From NCBI GenBank assembly GCA_029883975.1, contig JAOUIL010000006.1, positions 10,622-74,621 on the forward strand: a stretch of DNA of 64,000 nucleotides, given 5' to 3'. The stretch comes from Betaproteobacteria bacterium. GTDB lineage: Bacteria > Pseudomonadota > Gammaproteobacteria > Burkholderiales > SG8-39. Made by a program: the position numbers and the translations under genes. The notes under the pieces are model-generated. The model ran no database searches and was not told where the DNA came from. It saw nothing but the letters and a program-made list of their open reading frames with translations. Every line of letters starts with the position of its first letter. The stretch's first letter is position 1. Shown here one piece after another: positions 33,031 through 45,736 of the stretch.

Positions 33031-33776
33031 GCGACGCGCTGCGCGTCGTGACGCTCAACATCCACAAGGGCCTTTCGCAGTTCAACCGGCGCATGGTCAT
33101 TCACGAGCTGCGCGAGGGCCTGAACACCCTCGAGCCCGACCTGGTGTTCCTGCAGGAAGTGCAGGGCTTGAACGAGCGCCACGCGCTGCGCTACGCGACC
33201 TGGCCGAGCACGCCGCAGCACGAGTACCTTAGGCAGGACGGCTGGCAGTACGCCTACGGCCTCAACCGGGTCCACCACTACGGACACTATGGCAACGCGG
33301 TGCTGTCGCGCTTCCCGATCGTGTCGATGGAGAACGCGGACATCTCCAGCCATCGCTTCGAGCGGCGCGGGCTGCTGCACTGCGTGCTGTCCGTGCCGGG
33401 CTGGCGGCGCAACCTGCACTGCCTGTGCGTGCACCTTTCCCTGCACGAGCGTGGGCGCCGGCGCCAGCTCGACGCGATCGTCGAGCGCCTCGGCGAGGTG
33501 GCGGCGCGTGGCATGCCGATCGTCGTCGCCGGCGACTTCAACGACTGGCGCCAGCGCGCGACGCGGGTGCTGGCGGAGCGGCTCGGCATGCAGGAGGTGA
33601 CCGCGATCTACGGCAAGCGCCCGGCACGCACTTTCCCGAGCCTGCTGCCGGTGCTGCGCCTGGACCGCATCTACGTGCGCGGGTTCAGCGTAGTCGAGGC
33701 GAGCGTGCATGTCGGCGCGCCCTGGTCGCTGCTGTCCGACCATCTCGCCCTGGGCGCGGTGCTCAAGCGGATGTAG
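33027..33776 (+). CDS. Endonuclease/exonuclease/phosphatase (EEP) family protein
   Basis: 249 aa, MSDALRVVTLNIHKG...FLQEV...GDFND...SDHLAL. The ATG overlaps the nudB stop. Confidence 0.85.
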   Translation: MSDALRVVTLNIHKGLSQFNRRMVIHELREGLNTLEPDLVFLQEVQGLNERHALRYATWPSTPQHEYLRQDGWQYAYGLNRVHHYGHYGNAVLSRFPIVSMENADISSHRFERRGLLHCVLSVPGWRRNLHCLCVHLSLHERGRRRQLDAIVERLGEVAARGMPIVVAGDFNDWRQRATRVLAERLGMQEVTAIYGKRPARTFPSLLPVLRLDRIYVRGFSVVEASVHVGAPWSLLSDHLALGAVLKRM

Positions 33777-33780
33777 CGCG

Positions 33781-34932
33781 ATGCAGTACCTCGACGGCAA
33801 CCGGCTGACGCTGCTGCGCAACGGCGAGCAGTACTTTCCGGCCCTGGTCGGGGCGATCGACGGCGCGCGCGACGAGGTCTTCCTCGAAACCTACATCTTC
33901 GCGGACGACGAAACCGGCAGCCTCGTCACCGACGCGCTGGCGCGCGCCGCTGCGCGCGGCGTGGCCGTGCACCTGCTGATCGACGGCTTCGGCGCGCGCG
34001 ACTTCGCGCCGCGCTTTCGCCGCGTGCTGCGCGAGGCGGGTGCGCAAGTGCTCGTGTTCCGGCCTGACATCAGTCCGTGGAGCCTGCGGCGCAACCGTCT
34101 GCGGCGCATGCACCGCAAGCTCGCCTGCGTGGACGGTCTTGTCGCTTTCGTGGGCGGCATCAACGTGATCGACGACTTCGACGCGCCGGACGACACGACG
34201 CCGCGCCACGACTATGCCGTGCGCGCCGAAGGCCCGCTCGCCGTGCAGGTGCGCGCGGCGGCGGCGCAGCTCTGGGTGCGCGTGGCGCGGACCGCGGGCC
34301 ACGGCCGCGTGCTGCTCGCCGCGCCGCCGGCGCCCGCACCGCTCGTGCCAGGTCAGCGCGCAGTGCTGGTGATCCGAGACAGCCTGCGGCACCGGCGCGA
34401 TATCGAGGATGCGTATCTCGAGCTGATCGACGCCGCACGCGAGGAGATCCTGATCGCCAGCGCGTACTTCTTCCCGGGGCGGCGCTTCCGCCACGCCCTG
34501 GTGAGTGCGGCGCGGCGGGGCGTGCGCGTGGTGCTGCTGGTGCAGGGCCTGGTCGAGTACGTCCTGCCGCACTATGCGTCGCGCGCCCTCTATGGATCGC
34601 TGCTTGAGGCCGGCATCCGCATCGAGGAGTATCACCACAGCTTCCTGCACGCCAAGGTGGCGGTGTTCGATGGCTGCCGGGCGAGTGTCGGCTCCTCCAA
34701 CATCGATCCCTTCAGCCTGCTGCTCGCGCGCGAAGCGAATGTCTTCGCGGATGACGTCGGCTTTTCCGCCGAACTTCGCGCGAGCCTGGAGGACGCGATA
34801 CGCTCGGGTGCGCGCACGCTGCCGCCGCTGGCCTGGCGGCGCCGGCCGCTGTGGCGCCGCGCTTGGAACTGGATTGCCTACGGCATTGGCCGACTGCTCA
34901 TCAACTTCGCCTCCTACGAGCGCTATCACTAG
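33781..34932 (+). CDS. clsB: Cardiolipin synthase ClsB-type (PLD superfamily)
   Basis: Starts at MQYLDGNRLTLLRNGEQYFPAL. It has two HKD motifs (HRKLACVDG and HAKVAVFDG). Confidence 0.88.
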   Translation: MQYLDGNRLTLLRNGEQYFPALVGAIDGARDEVFLETYIFADDETGSLVTDALARAAARGVAVHLLIDGFGARDFAPRFRRVLREAGAQVLVFRPDISPWSLRRNRLRRMHRKLACVDGLVAFVGGINVIDDFDAPDDTTPRHDYAVRAEGPLAVQVRAAAAQLWVRVARTAGHGRVLLAAPPAPAPLVPGQRAVLVIRDSLRHRRDIEDAYLELIDAAREEILIASAYFFPGRRFRHALVSAARRGVRVVLLVQGLVEYVLPHYASRALYGSLLEAGIRIEEYHHSFLHAKVAVFDGCRASVGSSNIDPFSLLLAREANVFADDVGFSAELRASLEDAIRSGARTLPPLAWRRRPLWRRAWNWIAYGIGRLLINFASYERYH

Positions 34933-34934
34933 GA

Positions 34935-35699
34935 CTAGGCAAGCGGCTCGATGCGGTCGCCGACCCGGATGCGGCCCGGCCGCTGCACCGAGTAGCGTAC
35001 GCCGAACACCGGTTCGCCATCGCGCATGCGCATGCGCGCCAGGGTGCGCAGCGGCTCCTCGCCGAGCGCGGTGCCGAGGTCCTGATCGATGGTCGTGACT
35101 TCGCAGCGCCCGCAGGCGTGCTCGGGCGTGAGCACGGCATCGCCCATCCGCAGGCGGGTCCAGCTGTCCGCGTCGAACGCGCTGGCGCCGGCGACAACAA
35201 TGTTGGGTCGGAAGCGGGCCATCGGCACCGGCTCGGCCATGGCTTCATTCAGCGCATCGAGCGATGCCGTGTTCACGACCAGCAGCGCGGCGGCGTCGCC
35301 GAGGGCGAGCGATGCGCCCCTGCGTTGGACGGGGCGCTCGAGCCTCGCCAGTTCGAGCGGGGTTCGGAACCAGCGCGCGAAGACCGCGCCAAACGCGCCG
35401 CCGGCGAGCCGGACCTCGGCGTCGCGACTCCAGACGCGAACCACCGCGCTCCTGACGAACGCTTCCGGCGGAACTTCGAGCGATTCGCCGTCGAACTCGA
35501 TGTGCAGTCTCTCCGCGGACCGCGAGACGCGCAGGCGAGCCAGACCGGGGTCGTCGCGCTGCGTAAAGGCGTGCCCGCCCGGCCGCGCGAGGCAGTAGCG
35601 GCGGTCCTCGCGCGGGCCCATCTCGTCGAGCTCGATCTCCTGCGCCCCGACCGCCGCCGCGCCCTTGAGCGGATAGACGGCCAGAGACGCTACACGCAT
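34935..35699 (-). CDS. MOSC domain-containing protein
   Basis: 254-aa ORF with an N-terminal MOSC beta-barrel (LAVYPLKG), RFRPNIVV and the conserved Cys context CGRCEVTT. Confidence 0.85.
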   Translation of the reverse strand: MRVASLAVYPLKGAAAVGAQEIELDEMGPREDRRYCLARPGGHAFTQRDDPGLARLRVSRSAERLHIEFDGESLEVPPEAFVRSAVVRVWSRDAEVRLAGGAFGAVFARWFRTPLELARLERPVQRRGASLALGDAAALLVVNTASLDALNEAMAEPVPMARFRPNIVVAGASAFDADSWTRLRMGDAVLTPEHACGRCEVTTIDQDLGTALGEEPLRTLARMRMRDGEPVFGVRYSVQRPGRIRVGDRIEPLA

Positions 35700-36433
35700 T
35701 TCACGCGGCCCTGCTCGAGCGCAGGCACGATGGGCAACGCATCGAAGCGGGCGGCGAACTCGACCTCGTGCCCGAGGCCGCGCTCGACCATCATCCTGCC
35801 CACGCGGCAGTCGCGCAGCACCTGCGGGACGGCGCTAGCGCGGTAGAACGCCAGCGCGGCGCGCGCGGCGTCTGAGAAATCGGCACCCGAACCAAGGAGC
35901 TGCGCGAAGCGGTCGACGAAGCAGCCCGCGCCGTAGAAGTCCTCGAGATTGAAATTCCCGCCGGAGCCGGAGCACAGGATGAGCACGGTGTCGCGCGGGT
36001 GCTCGGCGACGATGCGCTCCGCCACCGCGCGCGCGTTGAGCAGCGCCCCGCAGTACACGCGCTTCGCGCCCGCAGCGAGCGTCATGGCGACGGTGCCATT
36101 GGTCGTCGAATAGATGACGGTCTTGTCCCGTACGCCGTGCGCGACGAGCGCGAGCGGCGCGGGGTGGGCGAATCCCGGCAGGGTCTCCGCGTACAGCTCG
36201 CCCGACAGCACATAGCTGTCCGGCGCGTGGCGCGCGCCCGCGGCGCGCGCCGCAGATTCGTCGGCGACCGGCAGTACCTCCGCAGCGCCGTGGCCGAGGG
36301 CCGCCACCATGGTGGTGGTGGCGAACAGGATGTCGAGCACCACGACGATCTTGCCCGGCACGCGCACCTCGTCGAGCTCCTCCTTGCGCGTCAGCACGTG
36401 GATGCGGTGGTTGAGCTCGATCCTGGCGCTCAT
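35690..36433 (-). CDS. 2-phosphosulfolactate phosphatase (ComB) family protein
   Basis: 247 aa from MSARIELNHRIHV. It has VVVLDILFATTTMV, TTNGT and the GSGGNFNLEDFYGAG layout of the ComB family. It overlaps the MOSC gene by 10 nt. Confidence 0.75.
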   Translation of the reverse strand: MSARIELNHRIHVLTRKEELDEVRVPGKIVVVLDILFATTTMVAALGHGAAEVLPVADESAARAAGARHAPDSYVLSGELYAETLPGFAHPAPLALVAHGVRDKTVIYSTTNGTVAMTLAAGAKRVYCGALLNARAVAERIVAEHPRDTVLILCSGSGGNFNLEDFYGAGCFVDRFAQLLGSGADFSDAARAALAFYRASAVPQVLRDCRVGRMMVERGLGHEVEFAARFDALPIVPALEQGRVKCV

Positions 36434-36879
36434 TGCGCCGGCCGCCTGCCGAACATGCCCCAGCCTTCCATCGACATCACCACCTCGCCATGCTGGTTGA
36501 GCGCCTCGGTGCGCGAGCGCAGCAGCCCCACGCCGGGGCGGCTCTGCGAGGCGCGCGACTCCAGCACGGTGCGGCGATAGCAGATGGTGTCGCCGGGCCG
36601 CACGGGCTTGAGCCAGCGGATGTTGTCCAGGCCCGGTGAGCCCAGGCTCACCGCGCGATTGATGTAGGTCTCGCAGTTGAGGCGCATGCACACCGCGCAG
36701 GTGTGCCAGCCGCTGGCGATAAGGCCGCCGAAGGCCGAGCGCTTCGCGGCGACCGGATCGGTATGGAATGGCTGCGGGTCGAATTGCCTGGCGAACTCGA
36801 TGATCTCGGCCTCGGCGAACGTGTGGCAGCCCATTTCGATGGTTTCGCCGACCCTGAAGTCCTCCCAGTAGAGCGTCAT
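36430..36879 (-). CDS. MaoC-like (R-specific enoyl-CoA hydratase fold) dehydratase
   Basis: 149 aa from MTLYWEDFRVGE. It has FARQFDPQPFHTD and GGLIASGWHT. Confidence 0.85.
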   Translation of the reverse strand: MTLYWEDFRVGETIEMGCHTFAEAEIIEFARQFDPQPFHTDPVAAKRSAFGGLIASGWHTCAVCMRLNCETYINRAVSLGSPGLDNIRWLKPVRPGDTICYRRTVLESRASQSRPGVGLLRSRTEALNQHGEVVMSMEGWGMFGRRPAQ

Positions 36880-37316
36880 TGCGCGGGCGCCGTCCTTTCG
36901 AATGCCAGCACGCGCTGGCGAAACTCCTCGGGCAGCGGCACTGCGGTCTTGGCTTGCGGATGGGCGTTCACGTACACGAGCTCCGCGGTGATCAGCAGGT
37001 CGGCCGCGCCGCGCCAGATCTCGAACAGGAAGGTCATGCTGCTTCGCCCCAGCCTGGACGCGCGGCAGAGCACCTCCAGTTCGTCCTCGTAGTGCGCGGA
37101 GCCCAGGTACTCGACGGTGGCCTTGCGCAGGAACACGTCGCTGGCGTAGCGCTCCACGTACCCCTCCGGGTAGGGTAGCCCGATGGCGCGCCAGTAGTCC
37201 GCGATCGCCGTGTCGATGTAGGTCAGGTAGTGGCCGTTGAACACGATCTTCTGCATGTCCACCTCGGCCCAGCGCACGCGCAGCCGGTGACAGCAGGCAA
37301 ACTCTTCGCGGGGCAT
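36876..37316 (-). CDS. YbgC/4HBT-family acyl-CoA thioesterase
   Basis: 146-aa ORF with HRLRVRWAEVDMQKIVFNGHYLTY (the 4HBT catalytic Asp context). Confidence 0.85.
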   Translation of the reverse strand: MPREEFACCHRLRVRWAEVDMQKIVFNGHYLTYIDTAIADYWRAIGLPYPEGYVERYASDVFLRKATVEYLGSAHYEDELEVLCRASRLGRSSMTFLFEIWRGAADLLITAELVYVNAHPQAKTAVPLPEEFRQRVLAFERTAPAQ

Positions 37317-37393
37317 CGCATCCGTCTCCGCAGGCTAATTGCGCAATGTTATCTTGCAGGTGGGCACGGAACGCGTGCCGCGCGCGGACGACC

Positions 37394-37891
37394 ATGGATG
37401 CCGAGGTGCTTCGAGCGATGGCGCGCTGGCCGCAGGTGCCGGCGGTGTACGGCTGGCTGGCGCTCGATCGGCGGGGCAATTGGCTGCTGAGGCACCCCGG
37501 GCAGGAGACTTTCGGGCGCATCGGCAACGCCGCGCTGCGCGCGTTCATCGCCCGGAACTACGCGGTCGACGCGCGTGGCTGCTGGTATTTCCAGAACGGG
37601 CCGCAGCGTGTGTACGTGACGCTGGCTTACACCCCGTTCGTGCTGCGCTATGCCGGGGAGACGCTGGTCGACCAGTGCGGCGCGCCGCTCGCCCCGCGCG
37701 AGACCTTCGTCGACGAGGAGGGCTCCGTGCTTCTGGTGGGCGCGCAGGGCGTGGGGCTGCTGGATGATCGCGACCTGGGCATTTTCGAATCTCGCCTGGA
37801 CGCCGATTGGCAGTCCCTGCCGCGGCTGGCGCGCGGTGCGGTTCCAGGTCGCTTCGGCTTCGCCTCCGCGCCCTCGGATTCCTTGCGCTGA
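37394..37891 (+). CDS. Conserved hypothetical protein
   Basis: The track ORF is 37346..37891 and I prefer the start at [31 protein letters not shown] cannot assign a family with confidence. Confidence 0.6.
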   Translation: MDAEVLRAMARWPQVPAVYGWLALDRRGNWLLRHPGQETFGRIGNAALRAFIARNYAVDARGCWYFQNGPQRVYVTLAYTPFVLRYAGETLVDQCGAPLAPRETFVDEEGSVLLVGAQGVGLLDDRDLGIFESRLDADWQSLPRLARGAVPGRFGFASAPSDSLR

Positions 37892-37911
37892 GCAACTTTC
37901 CTCTTTATAAT
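37883..37911 (+). promoter_or_regulatory. Candidate sigma70 promoter of the str operon
   Basis: TTGCGC (37883-37888), a 17-nt spacer, then TATAAT (37906-37911), about 80 nt upstream of rpsL. Confidence 0.5.
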
Positions 37912-37989
37912 CCGGCCTCTTTTTTAACGCCTGGGCGGCTCCGCTTCTACGGACGAGGCCGCCCGGTTTGTTTCTGGGAACAGAAAATA

Positions 37990-38367
37990 ATGCCTACCGT
38001 CAACCAGTTAAGGCGCGGAATCCGGGCGGCTAAGCCGCCGAAGTCCAAGGTGCCGGCGCTTGCTGGATCCCCGCAGAAGCGCGGCGTTTGCACGCGCGTT
38101 TACACCACGACGCCGAAAAAGCCGAACTCGGCGCTGCGCAAGGTGGCCAAGGTCCGCCTGACCAACGGCTTCGAGGTCATCGGCTACATCGGTGGCGAGG
38201 GGCACAACCTGCAGGAGCACTCCGTGGTGCTGATCCGCGGCGGGCGCGTGAAGGACCTGCCCGGCGTGCGCTATCACATCGTGCGCGGGTCGCTCGACAC
38301 GCAGGGCGTGAAGGACCGCAAGCAGAGCCGCTCGAAATACGGCGCCAAGGCGCCGAAGTCGGCCTGA
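37990..38367 (+). CDS. rpsL: 30S ribosomal protein S12
   Basis: MPTVNQL...[21 protein letters not shown]...[14 protein letters not shown]; 125 aa. Confidence 0.97.
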   Translation: MPTVNQLRRGIRAAKPPKSKVPALAGSPQKRGVCTRVYTTTPKKPNSALRKVAKVRLTNGFEVIGYIGGEGHNLQEHSVVLIRGGRVKDLPGVRYHIVRGSLDTQGVKDRKQSRSKYGAKAPKSA

Positions 38368-38384
38368 GGCGAGGAGGGGACACC

Positions 38385-38855
38385 ATGCCACGCCGCCGAG
38401 AGGTACCCAAGCGCGAGATCCTGCCGGATCCCAAGTTCAATCACCCCGACGTCGCCAAGTTCATCAACGTGCTGATGACGCGCGGCAAGAAGTCGGTCGC
38501 CGAAGGCATCGTCTACCGGGCCTTCGACGTGATCAAGACCAAGTCGGGCAAGGACCCGATCGAGGTGTTCACGCAGGCCGTGCAGAACGTGAAGCCCGTC
38601 GTCGAGGTGAAGAGCCGGCGCGTGGGCGGGGCCAACTACCAGGTGCCGGTGGAAGTGCGGCCGGTGCGGCGCGTGGCGCTCGCCATGCGCTGGATCCGCG
38701 AGGCGGCGCAGAAGCGCGGCGAGAAGTCGATGACCGTGCGCCTGGCCGGCGAGCTGCAGGAGGCCGCGGAGGGCCGCGGCGGCGCAATGAAGAAGCGCGA
38801 GGAAGTGCACCGCATGGCGGACGCCAACAAGGCGTTCGCCCACTACAGGTTCTGA
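38385..38855 (+). CDS. rpsG: 30S ribosomal protein S7
   Basis: [18 protein letters not shown]...; 156 aa. Confidence 0.97.
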   Translation: MPRRREVPKREILPDPKFNHPDVAKFINVLMTRGKKSVAEGIVYRAFDVIKTKSGKDPIEVFTQAVQNVKPVVEVKSRRVGGANYQVPVEVRPVRRVALAMRWIREAAQKRGEKSMTVRLAGELQEAAEGRGGAMKKREEVHRMADANKAFAHYRF

Positions 38856-38865
38856 AGGGATTCTG

Positions 38866-40980
<2,115 letters not shown>

Positions 40981-40989
40981 GAGCGCGAC

Positions 40990-42180
<1,191 letters not shown>

Positions 42181-42187
42181 CGCCGAC

Positions 42188-42499
42188 ATGCAGAATCAAC
42201 GCATCCGCATCCGCCTCAAGGCGTTCGACTACCGGCTGATCGACCAGTCGGCGCTCGAGATCGTCGATACGGCGAAGCGCACGGGCGCAGTGGTGCGCGG
42301 CCCGGTGCCGCTGCCGACGCGCAAGCAGCGCTTCGACCTGCTGCGCTCGCCGCATATCGACAAGGCGTCGCGCGACCAGCTGGAGATCCGCACGCACCTG
42401 CGGCTGATGGACATCATCGACCCGACGGACAAGACGGTGGACGCGCTGATGAAGCTCGACCTGCCGGCGGGCGTGGACGTGGAGATCAAGGTTCAGTAG
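42188..42499 (+). CDS. rpsJ: 30S ribosomal protein S10
   Basis: 103 aa, [14 protein letters not shown]. Confidence 0.97.
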   Translation: MQNQRIRIRLKAFDYRLIDQSALEIVDTAKRTGAVVRGPVPLPTRKQRFDLLRSPHIDKASRDQLEIRTHLRLMDIIDPTDKTVDALMKLDLPAGVDVEIKVQ

Positions 42500-42588
42500 G
42501 ACGCAGCACGAGGTGAAGTGCCGGCCAACAGGAGCCGGCGCCCGCAACCGCGCCTGGAGGCGCGGCGGGTCAACCATAAGAGGACGGT

Positions 42589-43227
42589 ATGACGATAGGA
42601 CTGGTCGGCCGCAAGGTCGGCATGACGCGCATCTTCGCCGAGGACGGCAGCACGCTGCCGGTGACGGTGCTCGACGTCTCCGACAACCGCATTGCCCAGA
42701 TCAAGACGCCGGAGAAGGATGGCTATGCCGCCGTGCAGATCGCCTTCGGCAAGCGCCGCACGAGCCGCGTGCGCAAGCCGCTGGCCGGCCACCTGGCGAA
42801 GGCCGCCGTCGAGGCCGGGCACCTGCTGAAAGAGTTCCGCGCCGACGCCAAGGCGCTGGAGAGCCTCAAGGTCGGCAGCAAGGTCGGGGTCGACCTGTTC
42901 AAGGTCGGGCAGAAGGTGGACGTGCAGGGCGTGACGATCGGCAAGGGCTTTGCCGGCGTCATCAAGCGCCACCACTTCTCGTCGAACCGCGCCTCGCACG
43001 GCAATTCGATCTCGCACAACAAGCCCGGGTCGACCGGCCAGAACCAGGATCCTGGGCGCGTGTTTCCGGGCAAGCGCATGGCGGGACACCTCGGCGACAA
43101 GAAGCGCACGACCTCCAATCTGACGATCGTGCGCGTGGACGTGGAGCGCCAGCTGCTGCTCGTCAAGGGCGCCGTACCGGGATCGCGTGGCGGCGACGTC
43201 GTCGTGCGTCCGGCGGCCAAGGCTTGA
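42589..43227 (+). CDS. rplC: 50S ribosomal protein L3
   Basis: 212 aa, [16 protein letters not shown]. Confidence 0.97.
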   Translation: MTIGLVGRKVGMTRIFAEDGSTLPVTVLDVSDNRIAQIKTPEKDGYAAVQIAFGKRRTSRVRKPLAGHLAKAAVEAGHLLKEFRADAKALESLKVGSKVGVDLFKVGQKVDVQGVTIGKGFAGVIKRHHFSSNRASHGNSISHNKPGSTGQNQDPGRVFPGKRMAGHLGDKKRTTSNLTIVRVDVERQLLLVKGAVPGSRGGDVVVRPAAKA

Positions 43228-43236
43228 GGAGGCGAC

Positions 43237-43854
43237 GTGGAACTCAAGCTGATCAATGACCAGGGCGCGGCCGGGACGACCAGCGTGGCCGACGCGATCT
43301 TCGGACGCGAATTCAACGAGTCGCTCGTGCACCAGATCGTGGTCGCCTACCAGGCCAACGCCCGGCGCGGCACGCGCAAGCAGAAGGAGCGCAGCGAGAT
43401 CGCCAAGTCGACGCGCAAGCCCTGGCGGCAGAAGGGCACCGGGCGGGCGCGCGCCGGCATGGCCTCGAGCCCGCTGTGGCGCGGCGGCGGCAAGATCTTC
43501 GCCGCCAGCCCGGACGAGAACTTCGCGCACAAGGTCAACCGCAAGATGATGCGCGCCGGGATGACGTCGATCCTGTCGCAGCTCGCGCGCGAGGACCGCA
43601 TCCGCGTGGTGGACGAGTTCAAGGTCGAGGCGCCCAAGACCAAGCTGCTGGCGCAGAAGGTCAAGGCGATGGGCTTCGACGAGGTGCTGGTGATCACCGA
43701 CGAGGTGGACCAGAACCTGGAGCTCTCCTCGCGCAACCTGCCGAATGTCGCAGTGCTCCCGGTGCGCCAGACCAATCCGGTCGCGCTGGTGCGCTTCCCG
43801 CACGTGCTGCTGACGCGCAAGGCGCTCGCGCGCCTGGAGGAGATGTACAAATGA
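43237..43854 (+). CDS. rplD: 50S ribosomal protein L4
   Basis: 205 aa with a GTG start. It has [11 protein letters not shown]-type motif ([12 protein letters not shown]). Confidence 0.96.
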   Translation: MELKLINDQGAAGTTSVADAIFGREFNESLVHQIVVAYQANARRGTRKQKERSEIAKSTRKPWRQKGTGRARAGMASSPLWRGGGKIFAASPDENFAHKVNRKMMRAGMTSILSQLAREDRIRVVDEFKVEAPKTKLLAQKVKAMGFDEVLVITDEVDQNLELSSRNLPNVAVLPVRQTNPVALVRFPHVLLTRKALARLEEMYK

Positions 43855-44165
43855 CGGCGCCCAGGAAGTACGCCGCCGAGCGGCTCATGAATGTCGTGCT
43901 GGCGCCGGTGGTGTCAGAGAAGAGCACGCTGGTGGCCGACAAGAACCGGCAGTACGTGTTCCGCGTGGCGGACAGCGCCACCAAGCCCGAGGTGAAGGCC
44001 GCCATCGAACTGCTGTTCAAGACCAAGGTGCAGTCGGTCACGGTGCTCAACGTCAAGGGCAAGGAAAAGCGCTTCGGGCGCTTCATGGGGCGGCGGCGCA
44101 ACTGGAAGAAGGCGTACGTGCGCCTCGCGGCCGGGCAGGAAATCAACTTTGGCGCGACGGAGTAA
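43851..44165 (+). CDS. rplW: 50S ribosomal protein L23
   Basis: 104 aa from [25 protein letters not shown]. The ATG overlaps the rplD stop. Confidence 0.95.
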   Translation: MTAPRKYAAERLMNVVLAPVVSEKSTLVADKNRQYVFRVADSATKPEVKAAIELLFKTKVQSVTVLNVKGKEKRFGRFMGRRRNWKKAYVRLAAGQEINFGATE

Positions 44166-44168
44166 GCG

Positions 44169-44996
44169 ATGCCACTGGTCAAGGTAAAACCGACTTCCCC
44201 GGGGCGGCGCGCCCTGGTGAAGGTGGTCACGCCCGGGCTGCACAAGGGCGAGCCGCACTGGCCGCTGACGGCGCGGCAGTCGAAGACGAACGGGCGCAAC
44301 AATCAGGGGCGCGTCACGATGCGCCACAAGGGCGGCGGCCACAAGCAGCACTACCGCTTGATCGACTTCCGCCGCAACAAGGACGGCATCGTCGCGCGCG
44401 TCGAGCGGCTGGAGTACGACCCGAACCGCAGCGCGCACCTCGCGCTGCTGCTGTACGCCGACGGCGAGCGGCGCTACGTGCTGGCGCCCAAGGGCGTCGC
44501 GGCGGGCGCGCAGCTGGTTTCCGGCGTCGAGGCGCCGATCAAGGCAGGCAACGCGCTGCCGCTGCGCAGCATCCCGGTGGGTACCACCGTGCACTGCATC
44601 GAGATGCTGCCGGGCAAGGGGGCGCAGCTGGCCCGCTCCGCGGGCGCCTCGGCGCAGCTGCTGGCGCGCGAAGGCTCCTATGCGCAGCTGCGGCTGCGCT
44701 CGGGCGAGATCCGCAAGGTGCATGTCGACTGCCGCGCCACCATCGGCGAGGTCGGCAACGAGGAGCACAACCTGGAATCCATCGGCAAGGCGGGCCGCAA
44801 GCGCTGGCGCGGCGTGCGGCCGACGGTGCGCGGCGTGGCGATGAACCCCATCGACCACCCGCACGGCGGCGGCGAAGGACGCACCGCGGCGGCGCAGCCG
44901 CCGGTGTCGCCGTGGGGCGTGCAGACCAAGGGCTACAAGACCCGGCGCAACAAGCGCACGCAGGTGATGATCGTGCGCGACCGGCGCACCAAGTAA
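44169..44996 (+). CDS. rplB: 50S ribosomal protein L2
   Basis: 275 aa, [14 protein letters not shown]...HPHGGGEG. Confidence 0.97.
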   Translation: MPLVKVKPTSPGRRALVKVVTPGLHKGEPHWPLTARQSKTNGRNNQGRVTMRHKGGGHKQHYRLIDFRRNKDGIVARVERLEYDPNRSAHLALLLYADGERRYVLAPKGVAAGAQLVSGVEAPIKAGNALPLRSIPVGTTVHCIEMLPGKGAQLARSAGASAQLLAREGSYAQLRLRSGEIRKVHVDCRATIGEVGNEEHNLESIGKAGRKRWRGVRPTVRGVAMNPIDHPHGGGEGRTAAAQPPVSPWGVQTKGYKTRRNKRTQVMIVRDRRTK

Positions 44997-45012
44997 CGGC
45001 TAGAGGCGACAC

Positions 45013-45387
45013 ATGGCACGCTCCATCAAGAAGGGACCCTTCGTCGACCGGCACCTGCTGGACAAGGTGGCGGCGGCGCGCGCGTCGAACGACAAGCGTC
45101 CGATCAAGACCTGGTCGCGCCGCTCGACGGTCATGCCGGAATTCATCGGCCTGACGGTCGCCGTGCACAACGGCAAGCAGCACATTCCCGTGTACATCAC
45201 GGAGAACATGGTCGGCCACAAGCTCGGCGAGTTCGCGCTGACGCGCATGTTCAAGAGCCACTCGGCGGTCGGCAAGAAGACGGCGGAAGCGGTGGGCGGC
45301 GGTCGCCCGGGCGGCGCGCCGGGCGCCGCCGCGCCGGCAGCCGCCGCGCCTGCCGCGGCGCCCGCGGTGCCGGCGGCCAAGAAATAG
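45013..45387 (+). CDS. rpsS: 30S ribosomal protein S19 with an Ala/Pro/Gly-rich C-terminal extension
   Basis: 124 aa. The core [12 protein letters not shown]...[11 protein letters not shown] is followed by ~30 extra residues, [30 protein letters not shown]. Confidence 0.93.
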   Translation: MARSIKKGPFVDRHLLDKVAAARASNDKRPIKTWSRRSTVMPEFIGLTVAVHNGKQHIPVYITENMVGHKLGEFALTRMFKSHSAVGKKTAEAVGGGRPGGAPGAAAPAAAAPAAAPAVPAAKK

Positions 45388-45395
45388 AGGGCGAC

Positions 45396-45725
45396 ATGGA
45401 AACCCGAGCGACACTGCGCAGCGTACGGCTTTCGGCCCAGAAGGGCCGCCTGGTGGCGGACATGATCCGTGGCCAGCCCGTGGACAAGGCGCTCAGCATC
45501 CTCGCGTTCACGCCGAAGAAGGGCGCCGGGATCATCAAGAAGGTGCTCGAGTCGGCGATCGCCAACGCGGAGCACAACGACGGCGCGGACATCGACACGC
45601 TCAAGGTGAAGAGCGTGCTGGTCGAGCGCGGCTCGTTTCTCAAGCGCTTCCATGCGCGTGCCAAGGGGCGGGGCACGCGCGTGCACAAGCACACCTGCAA
45701 TATCTACGTGACTGTCGGCGACTAG
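45396..45725 (+). CDS. rplV: 50S ribosomal protein L22
   Basis: 109 aa, [26 protein letters not shown]. Confidence 0.97.
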   Translation: METRATLRSVRLSAQKGRLVADMIRGQPVDKALSILAFTPKKGAGIIKKVLESAIANAEHNDGADIDTLKVKSVLVERGSFLKRFHARAKGRGTRVHKHTCNIYVTVGD

Positions 45726-45736
45726 GGATCTCGCAC

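Noticed and set aside
37990-38367. Streptomycin-resistance alleles in rpsL
   Set aside because: The [12 protein letters not shown] and [13 protein letters not shown] contexts are wild-type at the classical Lys positions, so there is nothing unusual.
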